Positions 8,671 through 15,205 of a stretch of DNA of 26,188 nt are shown here, in pieces (within the stretch, counting starts at the first letter, position 1; each line of letters opens with the position of its first letter). The DNA is taken from IMG/VR virus record IMGVR_UViG_3300032250_000730, positions 1 to 26,188 of that record. One strand, 5' to 3'. The notes beneath the pieces were generated by a model. That model ran no database searches. It had not been told where the DNA came from and worked only from the letters and a program-made list of their open reading frames with translations. This DNA comes from a virus (lineage: Duplodnaviria; Caudoviricetes). Both the position numbers and the translations under genes were made by a program.

Positions 8671-8940
8671 TTAAAACTGTCCAGACTCAACAATTTGCTG
8701 TTCTAGCGTATTTGTTGCCGTCCATTTTTCTGTTCCAGCATTGTAAACTAACACGCTTCCAGCGGCTAGTTGGTTAAGATTAATATCCATTAAACCTGAT
8801 AAGTTTGTAACTCCCACAGGGCCAATCATACCGCTTATTACTACTTTTGGTTGTCGGGTATCTACAACAACCGTGTTATTTTGATCGGTAACAATAACAT
8901 TTGTGTTCTTGTTATCTGAAAGCACTACTTGTGTTGTCAT
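8671..8940 (-). CDS. Small fibre connector protein
   Basis: 89 aa, ATGA overlap with the upstream gene. LMDINL...GSVLVYN...KW is a fibre-type motif. It ends IVESGQF, resembling a DGGxF-type terminus. Confidence 0.65.
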   Translation of the reverse strand: MTTQVVLSDNKNTNVIVTDQNNTVVVDTRQPKVVISGMIGPVGVTNLSGLMDINLNQLAAGSVLVYNAGTEKWTATNTLEQQIVESGQF

Positions 8941-9533
8941 CTTGTAACTTCCTTTACCAGTGTTAAATTACCAGCTACAAAAGGTGTTACAACTCCGCTG
9001 GAGTCTGTGAGTTCTAGTGAGTACACAGCTGTGTCAAAAGTAAAATTTCTTGTAACTGCTGCTGGTATAGTTACAAAAATTGTACTGTCGGAAGTATTGA
9101 TTATAATACCATTGCCGCCAGTAGTTAGTTGATGAATAACTGTGGTACTTTCTAGTGTCTCACGAATTTGCATTTGTGCAGTATAGCCTGTTAGTGGAAC
9201 TGGTGTATTATATTCAACGACCCCACCGCTGGTATAAACAGTATAACCTGAACTATTTACTCTGTTTAGACTAAGCGTAGTACTTGTAGTACCTGTTACT
9301 AAATAAAAACTATCATCACCTACTGAATTAATTTCTTTCATGCCGCCTGCACCTACTACTCTAATTCTCCATCCAACGGGAATTGTATGATTAGCAGCAG
9401 TAGTAATTACACAAGGTGCAGCTTTTGTAACAGCACTAATTGTAGCATACCCTTTTGTTTCTGATTCCCAACGCAGGGTTTCTTGAAAAGTACTACCTTG
9501 GTATATTTTATAGTTAATTTTTGCTGGTTGCAT
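8937..9533 (-). CDS. Fibre-attachment/collar adaptor (Ig-like QGSTF...LTGYTAQMQIR...AVYSLEL) with inserted E1 FCCH-like domain
   Basis: 198 aa, TAATG overlap with the upstream gene. IYQGSTF, PLTGYTAQMQIRE and VYSLEL...GNLTLVKEVTR resemble siphophage fibre-anchoring adaptors. The central ISAVTKAAPCVIT...GGMKEIN...YTSGG segment resembles FCCH-like beta domains. Confidence 0.65.
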   Translation of the reverse strand: MQPAKINYKIYQGSTFQETLRWESETKGYATISAVTKAAPCVITTAANHTIPVGWRIRVVGAGGMKEINSVGDDSFYLVTGTTSTTLSLNRVNSSGYTVYTSGGVVEYNTPVPLTGYTAQMQIRETLESTTVIHQLTTGGNGIIINTSDSTIFVTIPAAVTRNFTFDTAVYSLELTDSSGVVTPFVAGNLTLVKEVTR

Positions 9534-9889
9534 TAGCCCACCTTAACTTTCTTGCTAGATGTTACAGCATCTGAGTTTCTCAGCTTGCTAACTTCATCTG
9601 TAAGTGCTACAACTTCTGTTTGTAAACGTTGATTTTCTATACATAACTGTGATAGCTGTGTATTTAAAACAATCATTTCTTGTTGCAGGCGATTTAACTC
9701 AGTACTTAGTAAACCGTTTTGTTCACTCATACGCTCAAGTTCCGTATGCATTAAAGTAATAACGCTAGTTTCCGCACTTGTACTTTTCCAGTCTTTTAGC
9801 AGTTTCTGTATTCCAACTGAGAAAGCAACTACTGCTAACGCAACTATTGAAACTGTCTGTATGAGGCTATGATTTTCAATCTCCACCAT
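9533..9889 (-). CDS. Single-TM, coiled-coil membrane protein (holin-like or lysis accessory; uncertain)
   Basis: AAGGAG RBS at 9898-9903. Hydrophobic IQTVSIVALAVVAFSVGI, then about 60 aa of heptad repeats and a basic tail (KKVKVG). Confidence 0.6.
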   Translation of the reverse strand: MVEIENHSLIQTVSIVALAVVAFSVGIQKLLKDWKSTSAETSVITLMHTELERMSEQNGLLSTELNRLQQEMIVLNTQLSQLCIENQRLQTEVVALTDEVSKLRNSDAVTSSKKVKVG

Positions 9890-10012
9890 AATCAGATCTC
9901 CTTATTAGCAGTGGTTGTATATTTAATTATATTCTAAACAAATAGCTTGCCTTTTAGATTAAGGTAAAAGCTTGTCAAGAAAAAATATTGAAATGTTCTG
10001 ACATTTTGGTAT

Positions 10013-10041
10013 ATTATACCACAAGGGCGGTGAGTTGTCAA
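10013..10041 (-). promoter_or_regulatory. Consensus sigma70 promoter with extended -10
   Basis: Minus strand TTGACA (10041-10036), 17-nt spacer ending TGG, TATAAT (10018-10013). It lies in the only large intergenic gap and points into the fibre module. Confidence 0.9.
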
Positions 10042-10044
10042 TGC

Positions 10045-10082
10045 AAAAAAATACCCTGCCCAAAGATTGGACAGGGTATTTT
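10045..10082 (-). terminator. Rho-independent terminator after the 1591-aa gene
   Basis: Minus strand AAAATACCCTGTCCAA-TCT-TTGGGCAGGGTATTTTTTT: long stem with one G-U pair and a 7-U tail. A T4 run on the other side suggests it may work in both directions. Confidence 0.9.
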
Positions 10083-10100
10083 GGCTATGCAAGTTTAGGG

Positions 10101-13100
10101 TTATCGGTCGTCAAAACCGCCACCACCGCCACCTCCACCATCTAAGGTGAAGTTATAAGAGTTTATCCAGTCTTGCCTAGGAGTTCCACTAGCAGTAACA
10201 GCTCTTGCAGATATTGTAACACCATTTATAGGTGGAAAGAATCCACCTGGGTTTACTGGGCCAGCATAGTACGCATTAGTATTTCCTAGACTCCAAGTTA
10301 CATAATCTCCGTAGCTTCCTGGAGTGCCGCTTGTAGCAGCACCACTTATACTTGGATAGTATATATACTGGTCTCCAAAAGCAGCAGCTGCGGGTCCGAC
10401 TCTTACTTGTATATAAGTATCTGCAGTTATAACACCACTAAAATAAATAAGTGAGTTTATACCTTGTCCAGCATAAACTAATCCACCACCATCTAGTAGA
10501 GTAACAATAGGTGCTGTAGCAGCAACATTATATTCAGGAATCGAATAACTAAAACTTAGTGGAGTAGCTCCATTATTATAAGATACTGTAACGGTTACAC
10601 TTTCAGCACCTATGCTACTGGTAGGAGTTGTATTAGTAAGTGTTATATAATATATAGTAGTACTTGTATTAGTAACAAAATATGTTGGACTTACACTAGC
10701 TCTGGCTGCTCCTGCTCCAGAAAGACTTACATATATGTTATCACCTGCGGGTGGATTTGTAACTTCTAAATAAAACGAAGCGCTTGCTCCATTATTTAAA
10801 CTAGAAAACGTTCCGCGTAATGAATAACTAGGCGGCACATATCCACAGCTAGGACTGTTATTTGCTTGTAGTACGTCATAGAATCCATAGTTACCATCAG
10901 CATAGCGATAGTATAAACTAAAACCACTACAATACTGACTTAAATAAGTTCCATACGCTGGTGGATTCCATCCACAAGTAGGGCTGTTATTCTGGTAAAG
11001 TTCATCATAGAATCCATAGTTACCATCAGCATAACGATAGTATAAGCTAAAGCCAATACAATACTGACTTAAATAAGTTCCGCGAGGAGTTGGCGGAACA
11101 TAGCCGCAACTAGGACTATTATTAGTGTCGTCATTGTAAGTACCACCATTTCCATCTGCACGAACTTGGCGTAGTGTATATGGAGCAACTCCATTGTTTA
11201 AACAAAAAGCCCCACCTATGGGAGTACCAGAAGGTAAAAAGCGACTAGTATCACTAATACTTATAGTATCGCTAATGGCAACAACACTTCCATCTACAAC
11301 TGCTTGTAGTCTAAAATATTCTGTGCCTTCAGTAACACTATCTGGATTTGCATAGTAACGAATTGTAGGCGTACCAAATCCAGTTACTGTAAAACTAGGT
11401 GTAACTATTATAACATCGCCAGAACCATCATTTTGTTGACCAGAAGGAGGCGAAATTGCAGAAATTGTTACATTTTTATTGCCTACAATATTATAGTGTA
11501 ATAGTGTTGCTGTGCCTTGAGTAGTACTTTCGTCTATATTTAAAGGACTAGTAATTGCGTATACTGGTGGCGGAACATATCCGCAAGTAGCGCTATTGGT
11601 TTCTTGCAGTACATCGTAGAATCCATAGTTACCATCAGCAAAACGATAATATAAGTTAAAACCACTGCAATACTGACTTAAATAAGTTCCGCGAGGAGTT
11701 GGTGGAACATACCCACAACTAGGACTATTATTAGTGTCATCATTATAAGTACCGCCATTTCCATCTGCACGAACTTGACGTAATGTATATGGAGCAACTC
11801 CATTGTTTAAACAAAAAGCTCCGCCTATTGGTGTACCTGCTGGAAGTATATTTCTAACTAACACAGAAGCTTGTGCATCTATAGTACCGCTAGGGCTATC
11901 GCGTCTTAAAAATACTGTAACAGTAGTATCTGCACTTATTTCTCCAATATCCCAAAATAGTGTAGTTGTAAAACTATTGCTGCTTACATAAAAGCTACTA
12001 GTTTGACAATTTACTGCTGAATTGTTGGAAGTGGGATAGTAAGTACGCCCAACAACATTTGTAAGTGTAACTGCCGTAGACTGGACACTGTTTTCTCTCC
12101 AAGGAGCGTTATTTATTGTTAAAGAATATGCTGGCGTTCGGCTTGTGTCAAAAATAAGTATACTGTCGCTACTTGTAAAATAAACTCCATTTACATATGC
12201 GTGTATAGTAAAGTATTCATTACCTTCTGTTATTCCATCAGCTGGTACAAAATAACTTACCGTTACGGAACCTGCAGCATCAGTGTTAACAGTATGACTA
12301 GTTGTATTAAGAATAACATCATTAGAACCGTCGTTTTGATCACCAAAAGGAGGGCCTGCTACATAAAAGTTAAGAGTTGTTTGAGCTGCATCACTAAAAT
12401 TAAATTGTACTGAGCCACTAGAGCCTTCATTTATTGGGGAGGTTGGTCCAAAACTAAATTGAGGAGGAGTATCAGTAATTGTTACTGTAGTTTGAGCTAC
12501 AATAGTTCCAGTTGGTGAATCAGTTCGAAGATGTAAAGTTACATTGGTAGAACTTACAACATTGGCTGCGCTAAAATAAGTAATAGCAGAATAACTATCA
12601 TTGTTTACTGTCCAACTAGTTGCATAAGGCGCTGTTACATAAGCAATATTAGAATTGCTAGAAGTAAGATACAGTGCTATACCATTAGCATTATATGCGT
12701 TTATAGTAATTGCATTAGTAGTAGTACCTTCTGCCCAAGTACTTGCTGTGCTAATCGAATAACTTCTGGTTCTACTAGTGTCAAAAATAAGTATATTATC
12801 GCTACTGGCAACAAAACTACCATTTACATATGCTTGTACTCTAAAAAATTCATTACCTTCTGTTATTGCATCGTTTCCTACTGAATAACTTACACTAATG
12901 GTTCCAGCAGCGTCTGTGTTACCAACAGTAAAACTAGTAGTATTAAGTGTAACATCACTAGAACCATCGTTCTGTTCTCCACTACTAGGACTTGCTAGTG
13001 AGAATGCAATAATTAAGCCTGCTGCATTGCTAAAATTAAACTGTACTGAACCAGTTGAGCCTTCGTTTATTGCAGAAACTCCTCCAAAACTAAATGACGG

Positions 13101-14876
13101 TGGAGTATTTGTTACAGATATTATTTTTGTAGCAACTACTGGACCTGAGGGGCTACCAGTTCTAACCTGTAAGGTAACTGATGTTGTGCTAGTTACTAGT
13201 CCAACATTATAAGAAATAGTAATACTATAGTTGTTACTGTTAGATGTTGCGCTAGCGGTTTGCGGTACTACTAATCCATTATTAGTAGTAAAGTATATAG
13301 TACTACCATTAATGCCTGTTGCTGTAATAGTGGCAGTATTAGTTGTAGTGTTTTCTGTCCAATTATTAGCTGCACTAATAGAATAAGATACGGGTGTTAC
13401 ACTAGTATCGATAATAGGTATATTATCGCTATAATAAGTTGTATTATCAACAGTAGCAGAAACTCTAAAATATTCTATACCTTCTGTTGTAGTATCGGCT
13501 GCTACATCATATCCAACAGAATAACTACCTGCTCCATCATTACTTTGATTAATAACTAAACCAGCGGCAGCTATAAAATTTAGTGTAACATCGGCACTAT
13601 TAGCTGCAACACCCGAAGTAGGGGCAACTATAGCAAATTGGACTGTTTTACCTGCTGCATACTCATAATTAAAATTTACATAGCCTGTTGTACCTTCGTT
13701 AACAGCAGAAATTGCCCCAAAGCTGTATATTGGAGCAGGTTTAGAAGTATCTAATATTGAAACACTTACCGAGGAGTTGATGCCTACTAAACTTAGGGTA
13801 AATATTTCTGTACCTTCTAAAAGCGAATCGTTTCTAACTGTAAAACTTGCCGTTGCGGTATTATTTTGTACAACAAAATTTCCGTTTAGTGCACCTGCAC
13901 TTAAGTCTCCTGCACTAATACCTGTAACTGTATAAGGAAATACTGTTCCATTAGTAACTAGTGTTGTTGATAAAGTTATAACAAAAGTTGTACCTTCGTT
14001 AACTGTACTAAAATTAGAGCTTAGAGTGTAGGTAGGATTACTACCGCCACCTCCAGGTGCAGCAGGCGTTTGATAAAAGTTTGCGTCAGCAACCATTATA
14101 CTTAGACTATTGGTTGAACCATTTTGAAAAACATTATAATCTTGCGGTAAGCTTACATCTGATTGAGCACTGTATACACCATTGACTCTAAAATAAACTG
14201 TAGAGCCAGTTCTACGAAAACTTGTACTGCTTAATGTTTCTACGTGTCCTGAATAGTTTGAAAAATAAACACTTCTATTTATTAAAGTTAAAAGATCAGA
14301 ATTAGGTAGTAGAAATATAGGATTAGCTGGAAGGCTGCCTAAAGTTGCATCAGAGTCACCACCTGTACTAGTAGGTAATGAAACACTATCACTAAACGTA
14401 TAGGGTACTAATTGTATAAGATTACTGTCAAAAGTTTTACCGCCGGCGCTGTTAAACATTCTTAATGCTGGGCCGGTAGAAAACATTGATGAAACGGCCG
14501 TACTATCAACTGCAAACACGTATCCAGTAGGTAAATTATAAGTTAATGGAGCTCCCAAAGCATTTGAGTATACATAACAAGCAAAGGATAGGTTTGCAGA
14601 AGATACGGAAGTTGGGAACGTGTACCAAACGTCTTTGTGAACATTATTTTCAAAATTTTCTGGTATAGTCCATAATACTATGTATGTTCCTGGAATTGAT
14701 ATATTTGGAGTTCTATATTCTCTTAGTGTATAGTATCTATGAGCATAAAAACTTCCAGCCTGTTGTCGCACAGGAATACTATTAAACTCTACCTTCTGCA
14801 CAAAAGTTGGATTTACATATTCACTGTCTATTAATAATTCTGAGTCGTCGTTTATTACTCTGAGTCCGTATGTCAT
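10101..14876 (-). CDS. Tail-tip-associated adhesin-like protein: MxYGL N-domain, tandem Calx-beta/Ig-like domains and paired-Cys modules
   Basis: N-terminal MTYGLRVINDDSELLIDS. Repeated (V/I)NEG...DxxTEGxExFxV...IxDTS (Calx-beta-like) alternates with W(T/A/R)E...LRTxSPxG domains. Five C-x(~30-33)-C modules; ends LDGGGGGGGGFDDR. Confidence 0.8.
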   Translation of the reverse strand: MTYGLRVINDDSELLIDSEYVNPTFVQKVEFNSIPVRQQAGSFYAHRYYTLREYRTPNISIPGTYIVLWTIPENFENNVHKDVWYTFPTSVSSANLSFACYVYSNALGAPLTYNLPTGYVFAVDSTAVSSMFSTGPALRMFNSAGGKTFDSNLIQLVPYTFSDSVSLPTSTGGDSDATLGSLPANPIFLLPNSDLLTLINRSVYFSNYSGHVETLSSTSFRRTGSTVYFRVNGVYSAQSDVSLPQDYNVFQNGSTNSLSIMVADANFYQTPAAPGGGGSNPTYTLSSNFSTVNEGTTFVITLSTTLVTNGTVFPYTVTGISAGDLSAGALNGNFVVQNNTATASFTVRNDSLLEGTEIFTLSLVGINSSVSVSILDTSKPAPIYSFGAISAVNEGTTGYVNFNYEYAAGKTVQFAIVAPTSGVAANSADVTLNFIAAAGLVINQSNDGAGSYSVGYDVAADTTTEGIEYFRVSATVDNTTYYSDNIPIIDTSVTPVSYSISAANNWTENTTTNTATITATGINGSTIYFTTNNGLVVPQTASATSNSNNYSITISYNVGLVTSTTSVTLQVRTGSPSGPVVATKIISVTNTPPSFSFGGVSAINEGSTGSVQFNFSNAAGLIIAFSLASPSSGEQNDGSSDVTLNTTSFTVGNTDAAGTISVSYSVGNDAITEGNEFFRVQAYVNGSFVASSDNILIFDTSRTRSYSISTASTWAEGTTTNAITINAYNANGIALYLTSSNSNIAYVTAPYATSWTVNNDSYSAITYFSAANVVSSTNVTLHLRTDSPTGTIVAQTTVTITDTPPQFSFGPTSPINEGSSGSVQFNFSDAAQTTLNFYVAGPPFGDQNDGSNDVILNTTSHTVNTDAAGSVTVSYFVPADGITEGNEYFTIHAYVNGVYFTSSDSILIFDTSRTPAYSLTINNAPWRENSVQSTAVTLTNVVGRTYYPTSNNSAVNCQTSSFYVSSNSFTTTLFWDIGEISADTTVTVFLRRDSPSGTIDAQASVLVRNILPAGTPIGGAFCLNNGVAPYTLRQVRADGNGGTYNDDTNNSPSCGYVPPTPRGTYLSQYCSGFNLYYRFADGNYGFYDVLQETNSATCGYVPPPVYAITSPLNIDESTTQGTATLLHYNIVGNKNVTISAISPPSGQQNDGSGDVIIVTPSFTVTGFGTPTIRYYANPDSVTEGTEYFRLQAVVDGSVVAISDTISISDTSRFLPSGTPIGGAFCLNNGVAPYTLRQVRADGNGGTYNDDTNNSPSCGYVPPTPRGTYLSQYCIGFSLYYRYADGNYGFYDELYQNNSPTCGWNPPAYGTYLSQYCSGFSLYYRYADGNYGFYDVLQANNSPSCGYVPPSYSLRGTFSSLNNGASASFYLEVTNPPAGDNIYVSLSGAGAARASVSPTYFVTNTSTTIYYITLTNTTPTSSIGAESVTVTVSYNNGATPLSFSYSIPEYNVAATAPIVTLLDGGGLVYAGQGINSLIYFSGVITADTYIQVRVGPAAAAFGDQYIYYPSISGAATSGTPGSYGDYVTWSLGNTNAYYAGPVNPGGFFPPINGVTISARAVTASGTPRQDWINSYNFTLDGGGGGGGGFDDR
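10830..11837 (-). repeat. Paired-Cys module repeats, including a 171-nt duplication
   Basis: 11667-11837 vs 11058-11228: 13 mismatches in 171 nt and 57 identical amino acids. GTYLSQYC...ADGNYGFYD...NSxxCG occurs three times. Confidence 0.95.
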
Positions 14877-14884
14877 GAAAAACC

Positions 14885-15205
14885 TTATTTAACAAATATA
14901 TATAGAACGGTATCACTGTAGTAAAATCCTCCGCCAAACGTAGCACCTACACTAAATGGATCAGGGTTTTTAGTAAGATTTAAAGTAGGTACAGAATTTG
15001 GATAAGTTAAATACCAACTGTGTACTCCGGGCCTAAGTTGAAATATTCTTAAAGTTCTTCCAGTATACTGTGGAAATGAAATTAATGTACCTGTTGCTGT
15101 TTGTTCAGGTATAGTATAAGTTTGTGCAAAAACTCCACTTTTAGTGGAGTTTTGTAAAATAGCAGTAGTGCCGTCTGCTTTAAAGGTTTTTAAGCCATAT
15201 GCCAT
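14885..15205 (-). CDS. Small tail-tip protein (MAYGL type)
   Basis: 106 aa, MAYGLKTFKADG, TAATG-coupled to the upstream gene. Small proteins of this type commonly follow J-like genes in siphoviruses. Confidence 0.7.
   Translation of the reverse strand: MAYGLKTFKADGTTAILQNSTKSGVFAQTYTIPEQTATGTLISFPQYTGRTLRIFQLRPGVHSWYLTYPNSVPTLNLTKNPDPFSVGATFGGGFYYSDTVLYIFVK

Noticed and set aside
9950-9978. Second TTGACA (9978-9973, minus strand) as a tandem promoter
   Set aside because: There is no good -10 at 17 nt; only TAAAAG at a 16-nt spacing.
9988-10017. Plus-strand TTGAAA-18-TATTAT as an antisense promoter
   Set aside because: Spacing is suboptimal, it overlaps the AT-rich -10 of the real promoter, and it would run straight into the terminator hairpin.
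11058-11837. Near-identical 171-nt pair as a possible DGR template/variable repeat
   Set aside because: All 13 differences are synonymous and are not restricted to adenines of one copy. Both copies are in frame in one gene, and no reverse transcriptase is in the window.
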